Shown: positions 10,858-20,874 of the stretch, one piece after another
Position numbering within the stretch: the stretch's first letter is position 1
How the letters are laid out: each line of letters begins with the position of its first letter
DNA from: Thermoanaerobaculia bacterium
GTDB taxonomy: Bacteria; Acidobacteriota; Thermoanaerobaculia; Multivoradales; Multivoraceae
Reading direction: 5' to 3'
NCBI GenBank assembly: GCA_963664405.1
Contig: OY761158.1
Span: 2,592,001-2,656,000 of the forward strand
Length of the DNA stretch: 64,000 nucleotides
The notes under the pieces: generated by a model
Told to the model about the DNA's origin: nothing
The model's database searches: none
What the model saw: only the letters and a program-made list of their open reading frames with translations
Translations under genes and position numbers: made by a program

Positions 10858-11037
10858 TCCGAATATTCTGACACTCGAGCGGTGAGGGATTTGCAGCCGA
10901 GCGGTCAGCCCGCAGGGCTGATCGCGAACGCCCAAGATCCCGTTGGGGCTACCTGCGCGCTCCGCGCGCTGGTATCCCCAAGTAACCCTATTTTGAACAC
11001 CCCAAATAGCTCTATTTTGAACACCTGGGTGGATTGG
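10858..11037. repeat. About 200-bp structured repeat, copy 2 (left 26 bp at 9322-9347, split by IS1111)
   Basis: 10884-11037 aligns closely with 6373-6527. Confidence 0.88.
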
Positions 11038-11183
11038 GCCACTCAACTCGTCAAGCTGAAGCTCATGCTCCAACCCCGCTGATCGCCCCAGAAACAGAGG
11101 AGGAGTTTGGGCATCTTCCTCAGCCCCCGCGTTGTGGGCTGGACCTCCACGAAGCCGTTCTCCCGGGTGCCCAGACGGCGTAG

Positions 11184-11558
11184 CTAGGAGGGCTCACGCA
11201 ACGGCAGCAAACGTGCGCGCGAGCCGTCTGGATCCACAACCACCACAGCCCCTTGCACTAGGTTCTTCTCGTGTTGGCGAAGGACCTGAATGACCGTGGA
11301 AGCGGTTTCACTCGGCAGGAGGCGATGGGAGCGAAGCTGAACGACGCTGGGACCTCGACTTCCTGTCAGCGCGAGGAGGCGACTGAAGTCCAGGTCGTGG
11401 GACAGCAAGACGTAGTCGTGGCGGCGCGCCCACTCGAAGATCTCTCGATCAGGGGCACCTCCTTCGCCCACGGTGCTCCAATGCTGGGCCTCGATGCCAG
11501 CGTCCTCCAGCACCTCTACCCACGAAGGCGACAGGTTCATGTCGAGGAGGACCTTCAA
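11184..11558 (-). CDS. DUF5615 PIN-like toxin
   Basis: MKVLLDMNLSP, APDREI, SHDLDF. Confidence 0.88.
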   Translation of the reverse strand: MKVLLDMNLSPSWVEVLEDAGIEAQHWSTVGEGGAPDREIFEWARRHDYVLLSHDLDFSRLLALTGSRGPSVVQLRSHRLLPSETASTVIQVLRQHEKNLVQGAVVVVDPDGSRARLLPLREPS

Positions 11559-11785
11559 CTTGTCGCGACCGGAACCTCTTGCTCCTCGAGACGCCAGGCT
11601 GCATAGGCGAGAGCCTGGCCGATATCGTCAGGCTCTAGGTAGGGGTACGCCTCCAAGACTTCGTCCCGCGTGTGGCCTTCGGCAAGTAGTCCGACAACCG
11701 TCCCGACTGTCACCCGGAGGCCGCGAATGCAGGGTCGTCCCCCCATCACGTCCGGATCGAGAGTTATCCGATCGAGCTTGGTCAT
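11555..11785 (-). CDS. DUF433 antitoxin
   Basis: RITLDPDVMGGRPCIRGLRVTV, YPYLEPDDI. Confidence 0.9.
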   Translation of the reverse strand: MTKLDRITLDPDVMGGRPCIRGLRVTVGTVVGLLAEGHTRDEVLEAYPYLEPDDIGQALAYAAWRLEEQEVPVATS

Positions 11786-11825
11786 GGTTGTATTATAAGC
11801 CTGACCCCTCCCGATCCCCTCGAGA

Positions 11826-12632
11826 GGTACTGTCAGGTTGAGCCTGTTGGTGGCAGAGTGCGCCCATGAAGAGCAGCACACTCAGCTACCGCGGCTATCG
11901 GTTCCCGCCCGAGATCATCGCCCACGCAGTCTGGCTCTACCATCGCTTCTGTCTGAGCCTTCGGGACGTCGAGGATCTCCTGGCGGAGCGCGGAATCACC
12001 GTCTCCCACGAGACCATCCGCCAATGGTGCCGGAAGTTCGGCACCGAGTACGCACGGAAGCTGAAGCGGCGGGGAGGCAGACTGGGCGACACGTGGTTCT
12101 TGGACGAGCTGTTCGTGACCATTCAGGGCAAGAGGCAGTACTTGTGGCGTGCTGTCGATCAGGACGGCGACACAATCGACATCCTCGTGCAGCCGCGCCG
12201 CGATCGGAGGGCAGCAGCGCGCTTCTTCCGCAAGCTGTTGAAGGACCAAGGAGCAGAGCCGCTGCGCCTGGTGACCGACAAGTTGAGGAGCTATGGCGCA
12301 GCGCATCGGACCACTATGCCCTCTGTCAGGCACGATACGAGCCAGTACGCCAACAATCGAGCGGAGGTCTCCCACCAGCCGACTCGGCAACGAGAGCGAC
12401 AGATGCGCCGCTTCAAATCGCCCGGCCAAGCGCAGCGATTCCTGTCCGCTCACGGAGCCATCCAGAACCTGTTCCGTCTTGGCCGTCACCTCGTCAGCGC
12501 ACCCAACCATCGTACGCTGCGAGATCGTTCCTTCGGCGTCTGGCGGCAGGTGACGTGCATCTGCTGAATCCGAGCCGACCAACCCTTGATAACGCCAGAT
12601 CTCGCCTCGACCAAGGCCAAGTTGACAGTGCC
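11826..12632 (+). mobile_element. IS6-family element, complete (transposase 11866-12567)
   Basis: IRs GGTACTGTCA and TGACAGTGCC; 233-aa DDE transposase starting YRGYRFPPEII; no flanking target duplication. Confidence 0.95.
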
Positions 12633-12778
12633 CTGCTTGAAGTCACCAGCCTGGATCGTTCTGGTGTCGGTGTCCTTCATATCCGGATGCTCTAGTTCTC
12701 TCCATAGACGATGTCCATGGACATTTTACCTTGAAGGTGCTCGAGCAAAGGTGCCAGCGAGCCCTGCGTCCCTGGTTC

Positions 12779-15220
12779 TCAGCGGGGCGGCTCACCACCG
12801 ACCCACCACGGGCTCGACCAGGCCAAGTGGCCGTCGAGCTGCTCGACACGGACGTAATACCAGTCTCCCGGCTCGCCGCGATGCGAGAAGTGAAACTCGA
12901 CGTCGTCGCGCAGACCCGCATTCCGCTCGACGCTGACCCGGTCGCGATGGCGTCCGGTCTCGAACACTTTCTCATTAGCAGGCTCTCCGGCCACGGGCAC
13001 CGCCAGAGCGAAGTCGGCGGCGGGGAACTGGTGCGGAGTCCGCACCTGGGTTGGCGCGGTGCCGACCTCCCGAACCGCGTCGAGCTCGAAGGTGAGGCGG
13101 GTCGAAGCCGATACATCGTCGACGGTGAGAGCGATGGCGCGTCGCGAGCCGCGAGTCGCCACGTCGAAGCTCACCCGTCCGCCTTCGACTTCGAGGACGT
13201 CGGTACCGGGGTGCGGCGTGCCGAGGAATCGCGCGCTCACCAGCGCACCATTCTCGACCTCGAGGTTGCCACGCCAGGTACGCCGACCGCGCGGATTGTC
13301 GCGGATGCCGACCCACGACTCCGAGGTGAAGCCGACCACGATCTCTTCCTCGCCACCCCCGGAGCCTCCTCCCGGGTCGAAGCTCGCCACCACTTCACCG
13401 TTCTTGATCAGCTCGATGGCGCGGATCGGGCCGGTCCCGATCGCCCGCCCCTCGACCCCTCTCGTCTCAGAAGCCGGGAGCTCCATCCCCATGGCACCTC
13501 CGTTGAGGCGAGCGTCGAGAATGATGCGCTGGGAGCCGGTGACGGCATAAACACGTCGTGCCTTGAGCGCGTCGAAGACCGTGTCGGTGGTCTTGGTCGG
13601 CGCCCAAGCCGCGGCCAGACCTCCGGCTTGGAAGATGCCCGAGCGCTGACCCACGGTGCCGGCATGACCGGGAGAGTACCCAGGGTGACCACGGTGATCG
13701 TCGGAGGCACCGACGAAACCGACGCGGAAGCCGTTCTCCAAATAGCGCTGTCCGAACCACTCGAAGGTGCCGTGACCCGACATGATCTCGATCAGCCGCT
13801 CCATTCCCAGATCGTTAAGCCGCCAATCGCCGTTCTGGTGGGCGTGAGGGATGATGAGAACATCGTCGATGTCGTGCTTCCGGCGCAGGCCGCGGTAGAG
13901 CTGGGTCAGGTTGGGAGCTTCCTGCACCGGTACGCGCTCGAATCCCGGGCGGCGGAAAAAGACGTTGTGATGACCGCCACGCTGCCGGTGCGACGTCCAC
14001 TCGTAGCCGGGGAAGACGATGATCTCCCCTTCGCGATGAAACTCGGCAGCGACCTGGTTGAGCGTCATCCACTCGCCGTCGTCCATCGCGGAGTCGTGCT
14101 CCGTCAGGGTGACGAAGTCGAGGCGAGCATCGTCGCGCGCGAAGCTGAAGTAGCCCCGCGGGGTACCCTGGCCCTCGGCGAAGCCGCAGTGGCCGTGCAT
14201 CTCGCCCCAGTAGATGCGCTCGGCGGGCACATCTCTGACCCACACCGGATTGGCGATGCCGGTGATCTTCCCGTCGGAGCTGTGGAGCGAGACACGATAG
14301 ACGCCAGGCTCGGACAAACGCAAGGGCAGCTGGTGAATCGCCCGGCTGGCCGGCAGCTCGCCGAAGAGCTCCCCGTTCAGGCGCACTTCATAGGCGGGGA
14401 TCTCAGCGCTCGCCCGGTTGGTGAAACGATCCTCGGTGCGCACCGAGATCGCGAACGGCTCGCCGGCGGCAACAATCGACGGTGCGAAACCGTGCACGCC
14501 GGCAGCTTTGCCGACGACGACCCCGAAGGTCGCATGCGGCAGCTCGTAGAAGCGCCCGTCACCGGTGTCGACACGCAGGGGAAGGGCGATGGCGTCATTC
14601 GAATAGACGCCAATGTCGAGCCCCCCGCCCCCGCTGGAGCGATCACCGTAGATGAGGGTAACGGTGTCCCCAGGCCGGAGCGCCGCGCCCCGCACTCGAA
14701 ACATCGGCAAAGGCTGCCCCGCCGTGAAGCCCAAGCCCCCCCGCGACAATGTAGTGCTTGCGAGCTCGAGGCGAACGGCCGGGTTGCTGCTAGTGGCCGA
14801 GACGTAGTTGTTCGCTGCCGGGTCGTCGAACTGGAGAGGACCGTACCCCCCGGCGCGATGACGACCGGGGACGAGGCCACCCCCCTCGGCAACCCCCAAC
14901 GAGCCGACCCGCCACTCGACGCGGATCGTCGCCCGTGAGTCGGCGGTCACCGCGGCCGGACCTTCGACGGAGCTCGCCCCCAGCGCATCGGGATCTCGAT
15001 CGAGAATAGCGAGATGGCGAACGAAGTCGTCCACCGCCGCAACTTCCCCCGCACTGACCGCAAAGCCCGGACGCGGGTAGGGAATGCTCCTCGCGGCCCC
15101 GGTCACCGATGGCGGTACGAAGCCTCCCTGCGCCGCAGCCGCATTGGCCCATTCCCATACCCACGCCATCCGCTCGATGGCGTTGTCCATCGTGGTCGGC
15201 GCGCCTTCGACCTCGGCCAC
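12779..15220 (-). CDS. DUF3604/PHP-like metallohydrolase
   Basis: YWGEMHGH, LTEHD, GYEWT, GGHHNVFF, IPHAH, GASDDH, DWYYVRVEQ, AWSSP. A signal-like peptide continues in frame to about 15328 without a standard start. Confidence 0.8.
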   Translation of the reverse strand: MAEVEGAPTTMDNAIERMAWVWEWANAAAAQGGFVPPSVTGAARSIPYPRPGFAVSAGEVAAVDDFVRHLAILDRDPDALGASSVEGPAAVTADSRATIRVEWRVGSLGVAEGGGLVPGRHRAGGYGPLQFDDPAANNYVSATSSNPAVRLELASTTLSRGGLGFTAGQPLPMFRVRGAALRPGDTVTLIYGDRSSGGGGLDIGVYSNDAIALPLRVDTGDGRFYELPHATFGVVVGKAAGVHGFAPSIVAAGEPFAISVRTEDRFTNRASAEIPAYEVRLNGELFGELPASRAIHQLPLRLSEPGVYRVSLHSSDGKITGIANPVWVRDVPAERIYWGEMHGHCGFAEGQGTPRGYFSFARDDARLDFVTLTEHDSAMDDGEWMTLNQVAAEFHREGEIIVFPGYEWTSHRQRGGHHNVFFRRPGFERVPVQEAPNLTQLYRGLRRKHDIDDVLIIPHAHQNGDWRLNDLGMERLIEIMSGHGTFEWFGQRYLENGFRVGFVGASDDHRGHPGYSPGHAGTVGQRSGIFQAGGLAAAWAPTKTTDTVFDALKARRVYAVTGSQRIILDARLNGGAMGMELPASETRGVEGRAIGTGPIRAIELIKNGEVVASFDPGGGSGGGEEEIVVGFTSESWVGIRDNPRGRRTWRGNLEVENGALVSARFLGTPHPGTDVLEVEGGRVSFDVATRGSRRAIALTVDDVSASTRLTFELDAVREVGTAPTQVRTPHQFPAADFALAVPVAGEPANEKVFETGRHRDRVSVERNAGLRDDVEFHFSHRGEPGDWYYVRVEQLDGHLAWSSPWWVGGEPPR

Positions 15221-15350
15221 TAGCCGATCGACGCGTTGGCGCAGATCTGCCGGCAGCTCGTAGCTGACGGCTGGCGACGCAATGAGAAACAGTCCGAGCC
15301 AGGTTTTCCGAGTCAGAGGTCGCAGTTTACACCAGCGACCTTAACTCAAG

Positions 15351-15570
15351 GGCTTTGTTGCACGATCAACTCCGGTGCGAGTCGGGCCGCTCTCCCAACT
15401 CCTCCCTCACGACACTACGGCGTAGGACTCCGGTCTGCCGAGCTCGACCATCCGGTTGAGGACGTGCCACCCGATGACGTCTCTTGTCTGCGAGTTCCTG
15501 TTTCTCGCCTTCAGGCCGCCTCCCAACAGTGACTTGTATCGCAAGAACCCGTTCTCCACGCGCTGTCCCT
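15351..15570 (-). mobile_element. IS5-family (IS903 group) 3' remnant
   Basis: End GGCTTTGTTG at 15351; minus-strand peptide RVENGFLRYKSLLG...VLNRMVELGRPESY. Confidence 0.72.
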
Positions 15571-15640
15571 CCTCAAAACAGATCCGCCTGAGGAATCAAC
15601 AGGTTCGAGCGGGAGGCTCGAGATCGCTGGCGCGAACGGC

Positions 15641-16942
15641 TGTTGCGTCCACGATCCGCTTCCATCAACCTGTGCGGTCATGCTCAAGTTCTTCCTCATG
15701 CTCATCACTCTCGTTGTGAGGGCGCTTCAAGTGGCTCTTCGGTCGCGGTCCTCGCTCGTTCTCGAGAACATCGCCTTGCGCCAGCAGGTGTGTGTCTTGA
15801 CGAAGAGGCGGCCTCGGCCGCCGCTGAACAACGCGGACCGCGCCTTCTGGGTAGCGATGAGAGGTGCCTGGCGCGACTGGGCGCAACCGCTCATGATCGT
15901 CGAGCCGGACACTGTTGTGAAGTGGCACCGCGAGCTCTTTCGGAGCTACTGGACCAGGCTGTCGCGACGGACCCCGGGGCGGCCGAGAGTGGACAGGAAG
16001 ATCCGCGAGTTGATCCGGAGGATGGCTTTGGAAAACAACTGGGGAGCTCCACGAATTCACGGTGAACTGGAGAAGCTGGGCTTCGCCGTCTCTGAGGCCT
16101 CGGTTTCGCGCTACCTGCCGCCGGCGCCCGGCCAAGACCGATGTCGTCCGACGCTGGCTGGCGTTCCTGAACAATCACAAAGAGGGCATTGCAGCGATGG
16201 ACTTCTTCACGGTGCCGACGGCCTCGCTGCGCATCCTGTACTGCTGGTTCGTGATCCACCACGAGCGCAGGCGGATCCTCCACTTCAATGCGACCTTCAA
16301 CCCGAGCGCCGACTGGGTGATCCAGCAGCTGCGAGAAGCCTTCCCCTTCGATACCGCGCCGACGTACCTGATCTTCGACCGCGACTCGATCTTCAGCAGC
16401 GCCGTGGTGGGATTCGCCAAGTCGATGGCCACTAAGCCGTGCCGCACCTCCTATCGCAGTCCCTGGCAGAATCCTGTGGCTGAGCGGTGGATTGGCGGAT
16501 GCCGCCGAGAGCTCTTCGATCACGTGATCGTGTTCAACGAGCGCCATGCGGTTCGGCTCGCCCGGACCTACCTCGGCTATTTCCACGAGGACCGAACGCA
16601 TCTCGGTCTCGACAAGGACACTCCATCCCGCCGAGCCATGACACCGCCACCGTCACCGACCGCGAAGGTAGTCGCGATGCCTCGTGTCGGAGGACTCCAC
16701 CACCGGTACGAGTGGCGCGAAGCCGCCTGAGCCAACCAGCTCGAGTTGGCTCCGTATCTGCGGGCTGCCTCGGGGAAGCACGGCCCTTCCCTGGCTAGCG
16801 CGAGCGCGGCTGGTACCGCACGAGAGAATCGTCCGCCACCTCCAACTTTGGTGGAAGACTGGCGCCGGAGATGAGGCCGACCTCATTCGAAAACGAGCCT
16901 TCAGCGCTGACCCGATTGGCGGATGAGTATTGAGGAGGCACA
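15641..16942 (+). mobile_element. IS with integrase-core (IS481/IS3-like) transposase 15680-16730, frameshift near 16118
   Basis: ENIALRQQ, WGAPRIHGEL, MDFFTV, DRDSIF, SPWQNPVAER, GGLHHRY; imperfect TGT...ACA ends. Confidence 0.8.
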
Positions 16943-17094
16943 GGTGTCCCACTTTCTGATGGAAGGTGACGCGGCGGGAGATCGGAACCCCTCGCCGCTG
17001 GGGGAAGGAACCGGCACGCTAGCGGCTAAGGCTTTCTCGCACCAACCATCACGCGGGGATCGGTAGGAAGCAATGGGTGCCCGCCCTGAGAAAA

Positions 17095-17601
17095 CTAGGG
17101 CTCCTCGAACGCGAAGAAGGGCGCAACCCCGTCCTCCGAGCCTGGGTTCGCGAGCACCCCCTCGAGTCTCGCGGTGATGTCGCGCAGCAGTGCTGGCCTG
17201 TCGCTCTCCGCCCTGGTGAGAAAGTCCTCGGGAACCGGCAACTCCGGCTCCCACTTGGCGCTCCAGAGAATCATCTCGACCATGAGAGGTGCCAAGTCAA
17301 TGCCTTTCCGGGTCAGGTAGTAGTACTTCGCGCGCGAGTTTTCACGCGGCCGTGTCGAGGAAATCACCCCCCCGCGACCAAGGCGTTCAAGGCGGTTGGC
17401 CAGGATGTTCGTGGCAACCCCTTCGCCAGCCTCGAGGAACTCGCCGTAGCGACGCCGGCCGAAGAACATGAGGTCGCGAACGACCAACAGCGTCCACCGA
17501 TCGCCGAAGAGGTCGAGCGCAGAAGCGGTAGGGCAGTCTGAGCGTCGCGCAGTCTCTTCTTCTGGGGACACAACAGTACGGTAGCATCTTTTAACTTGCA
17601 T
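17095..17601 (-). CDS. HxlR-family winged-helix regulator
   Basis: RSDCP..ALDLFGDRWTLLVVRDL, EGVATNILANRL, YYLTRKG; start uncertain. Confidence 0.88.
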   Translation of the reverse strand: MQVKRCYRTVVSPEEETARRSDCPTASALDLFGDRWTLLVVRDLMFFGRRRYGEFLEAGEGVATNILANRLERLGRGGVISSTRPRENSRAKYYYLTRKGIDLAPLMVEMILWSAKWEPELPVPEDFLTRAESDRPALLRDITARLEGVLANPGSEDGVAPFFAFEEP

Positions 17602-17648
17602 GTTGCAAGTAGATCAGAGACAATAGATTTAACTTGCAAAAAGCAAGT
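17594..17648. promoter_or_regulatory. Two ACTTGC-N5-GCAAGT palindromes, putative HxlR operators
   Basis: At 17594-17610 and 17632-17648, between the divergent regulator and GST genes. Confidence 0.7.
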
Positions 17649-17679
17649 CAACGGCCACAGATCGGAAAGGAGATCTCAG

Positions 17680-18360
17680 ATGGGAATGACCGTACATGTT
17701 GTAAGCGGCGCCCCGCGAGCGTGGCGCGTCCTTCTAGGGCTCACATTCAAAGGCCTCGACTACGACATCAACTACCTACAGGCCTCCAAGCGCGAGCACA
17801 AGTCGGAGCCGTTCATCAGCCTGAATCCACGCGGCACGGTGCCCGTGCTTGAAGCCGAGGGACTTGTCCTGCGCGACTCGATCGGCATTCTGGCTTGGCT
17901 CGACCGGGCGTATCCGGATCGGCCGCTCTTTGGCGGCAGCGCCAATGAGGCGGCTGCCATTTGGCAGGCGACTCTAGAGAGCTGCGACTATCTGCGCGCG
18001 GCAAGTGACGGGCTGTTGCGCCCTATCTTCTTTGGTGGTGCGACCTCCAAGACGCCTGAGCTCACCGAAGCCGCTGAGTCGATGCAGGCCGAGCTCAGGC
18101 GATTGGAAGACCTCCTCAACTCCGGCGATTTCCTGTCGGGCAATGGGCCAAGCGCGGCAGACGCGGTCTCTTATCCGGAGGCTCGACTGGTTCAACGCGC
18201 GGTCGAGACGACGTCCGAGCTGATGGCGGAGTTGGGCTTCCAGGAACCGCTTACCGGCTACCCCCACGTATCGGCGTGGAAACGGCGCATAGAGGCCCTT
18301 GATGGATTCGAGAGGACCTTGCCGCCGCATTGGCGTGGCCAGAGAGAAGGACATGAGTAA
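17680..18360 (+). CDS. Glutathione S-transferase family protein
   Basis: LNPRGTVPVL, RDSIGILAWLD, SAADAV; AGGAG RBS. Confidence 0.9.
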   Translation: MGMTVHVVSGAPRAWRVLLGLTFKGLDYDINYLQASKREHKSEPFISLNPRGTVPVLEAEGLVLRDSIGILAWLDRAYPDRPLFGGSANEAAAIWQATLESCDYLRAASDGLLRPIFFGGATSKTPELTEAAESMQAELRRLEDLLNSGDFLSGNGPSAADAVSYPEARLVQRAVETTSELMAELGFQEPLTGYPHVSAWKRRIEALDGFERTLPPHWRGQREGHE

Positions 18361-18883
18361 AGAGACCCCACAGTCAGGCGGTTTCAGCGAGTGGTTCGCC
18401 ATGGCCGTGTATCGATGGCGTTGGCTCACAGCGGCTCTCGCTCTGACAATTGTCGGCGTGCTCTTCGCTCAGGGAACCGGATTCGTCGGCACACAGACCA
18501 GCATGGTCCTACAGCTCGGCGACGTGTCCGATGGCAGCGGATCAATCGGGCCGCAGATATTCGATCCTAGTTTGGATGTCTGGTTCACAGGCGACAGCGA
18601 GGCCATGCGGACGTTCTACGAGATCGAAGATCGCTTCGTTGCCGAGGACTACCTCGTTGTCGCATTCGAAGTCTTGGACAAGCCCAACGGCGTCTTCGAT
18701 CGAGAGACTTTGGGGACGATCGCGCGTCTGACAGATGAGTTTCTGAAGATCCCCGGCGTGCGGCACGTGCGCAGCCTTACGCGCAACCCCTGGATCCGGT
18801 GGGGGACCATTGAAGACGAGTTCGGCGCCGAAGAGGGTCTGATCATCACGGATCTCGTCGAAGAGCACGCCAAGCTTTCCGAG
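18353..18883 (+). pseudogene. MMPL/RND-like membrane protein N-terminus, cut by IS6
   Basis: N-terminal TM helix, periplasmic segment IPGVRHVRSLT; ends at the IS6 left IR. Confidence 0.65.
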
Positions 18884-19689
18884 GGTACTGTCAGGTTGAG
18901 CCTGTTGGTGGCAGAGTGCGCCCATGAAGAGCAGCACACTCAGCTACCGCGGCTATCGGTTCCCGCCCGAGATCATCGCCCACGCAGTCTGGCTCTACCA
19001 TCGCTTCTGTCTGAGCCTTCGGGACGTCGAGGATCTCCTGGCGGAGCGCGGAATCACCGTCTCCCACGAGACCATCCGCCAATGGTGCCGGAAGTTCGGT
19101 ACCGAGTACGCACGGAAGCTGAAGCGGCGGGGAGGCAGACTGGGCGACACGTGGTTCTTGGACGAGCTGTTCGTGACCATTCAGGGCAAGAGGCAGTACT
19201 TGTGGCGTGCTGTCGATCAGGACGGCGACACAATCGACATCCTCGTGCAGCCGCGCCGCGATCGGAGGGCAGCAGCGCGCTTCTTCCGCAAGCTGTTGAA
19301 GGACCAAGGAGCAGAGCCGCTGCGCCTGGTGACCGACAAACTGAGGAGCTATAGCGCCGCGCACCGGACCACCCTGCCCTCCGTCAGACACGATACGAGC
19401 CAGTACGCGAACAATCGGGCTGAGGTCTCCCATCAGCCGACCCGGCAGCGAGAGCGACAGATGCGCCGCTTCAAGTCGCCCGGCCAGGCGCAGCGATTCC
19501 TCTCCGCTCACGGAGTCATCCAGAACCTTTTCCGCGTCGGGCGGCACCTCGTGAGCGCAGGCGACCACCGTACGCTGAGAGATCGTTCTTTCGGCGTCTG
19601 GCGGCAGGTGACGAGCGCCTGCTGAATCCGAGCCGACCACCCTTGATAACGCCAGATCTCGCCTCGACCAAGGCCAAGTTGACAGTGCC
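18884..19689 (+). mobile_element. IS6-family element, complete (transposase 18924-19625)
   Basis: Same IRs as 11826-12632; intact 233-aa ORF; no target duplication. Confidence 0.95.
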
Positions 19690-19692
19690 CCA

Positions 19693-20005
19693 CAGGTGCT
19701 TCATACGGGCGTAAATGGGCAGGTGAATATGGCGCAGCATCACCTATTACAGCCACTAAACCGAGAATACAAGCTCATGCGCTCGTTCCAGGCTGATCTT
19801 GGCTTGTCGCCAAAAGACGCACAAGTGCTAGATATCTCTGAGCCCGTTGACGAGGATGAGGATATAGGGGCGAGGTATCTGAGGGGCGATGATCCCAGAC
19901 CCGATCGTCCAAACTGACCCGGCGACGGCCTACGCTGAGGCGGTTTGTGCAGGCGAGCTCGTTACCGGGCGGCTAGTGCGTCTGGCTTGTGAGCGCCACC
20001 TCTCC
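19693..20005 (+). pseudogene. Terminase small-subunit 3' end plus large-subunit 5' fragment
   Basis: Near-identical to about 40455-40767; DLGLSP and AYAEAVCAGELVTGRLVRLACERHL. Confidence 0.8.
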
Positions 20006-20028
20006 CACGGCCCCAAGGTGCCGAAGCC

Positions 20029-20222
20029 TTGGCCGACCTGCCCGGCACGGTCCAGGCGCTCCGCGAAACTCCACCACCAGCGCGGCGGGGCTTCACCCAA
20101 TCCGATCAGGTGCACCAACTTGTCACGGCCAGCGAAGCCGACTCCGATCTAGGTTTCATGGCGCGGATGATGGTGCTGTGCAGTCTGTCCCGCACCAACC
20201 CCGGCAACCGGCATCAGTCGAA
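20029..20222 (+). pseudogene. Plasmid RepA-like N-terminal fragment
   Basis: FTQSDQVHQLVTASEADSDLGFMARMMVLCSLSRTNPG resembles the RepA_C-type CxLP motif region. Confidence 0.6.
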
Positions 20223-20254
20223 GAGCACATCAGGGAACGCCCGACGCTTGATGA

Positions 20255-20872
20255 CTATTTTTTTTCCCAAGGATGAGCCTCCGGCGGGTCAGGCACGTTG
20301 ACGTATGCCCTTCTAGCGGCCTCCTCGGCCTCTTCTCTCGAGAGCCCGGCTTCGTACTCCATGATGGCGGCGCGCTCATCGTAGGCTTCGCGGTGGGCCT
20401 CTTCGTTGCTATGTCCACCGCTGGACATAGCAGGCGAGCTTCCTACCTCGAGCACACCGGCTGCCCATGCCGCGGCGACGTCTTTCTCGCCGCCGTAGGC
20501 GCTGATCGTGAGGGTCTCGACGCGCTTTCCGCGCATCACGGCACCCTTGGCAAGCTTGCGCCATGCGTCGGTGCCGGCCTGGTCGGCATCGAAGGCGAAG
20601 ACGAGCTCGGCCACCTGCCGAAACCATGACCAGCGCCAACCACCGACACCAAACACCGCCACCACTCTCTCTACGCCGGCCTCGAGGAGAGCCAGGGCAT
20701 CAAAAGCACCCTCAACAACCCACACAGGGCCATCCTGGGAGCCTGTGAGGGCCTGAGCGTTGAAGTACCCCTTCACACCCTTCAGATGATCGTGTCGGCG
20801 CTCCTTGTGCGCTGAAGACGCGGTAGATCGCGCATAGAGAGAGACGAGCTCCCCGGCTAGGTTGGTGTGTGG
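20255..20872 (-). pseudogene. Toprim (primase-like) C-terminal fragment
   Basis: VWVVEGAFDALAL, FAFDADQAG; tail YDERAAIMEYEAGLSREEAE. Confidence 0.75.
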
Positions 20873-20874
20873 CA

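Noticed and set aside
1-11800. Integron cassette array
   Set aside because: No intI gene, genes on both strands, and no consistent RYYYAAC...GTTRRRY attC pairs seen.
12731-14938. 735-aa plus-strand ORF
   Set aside because: Antisense shadow of the metallohydrolase in GC-rich DNA; no motifs. The same applies to 43353-44915 (-), 53259-54833 (+) and 29401-30501 (+).
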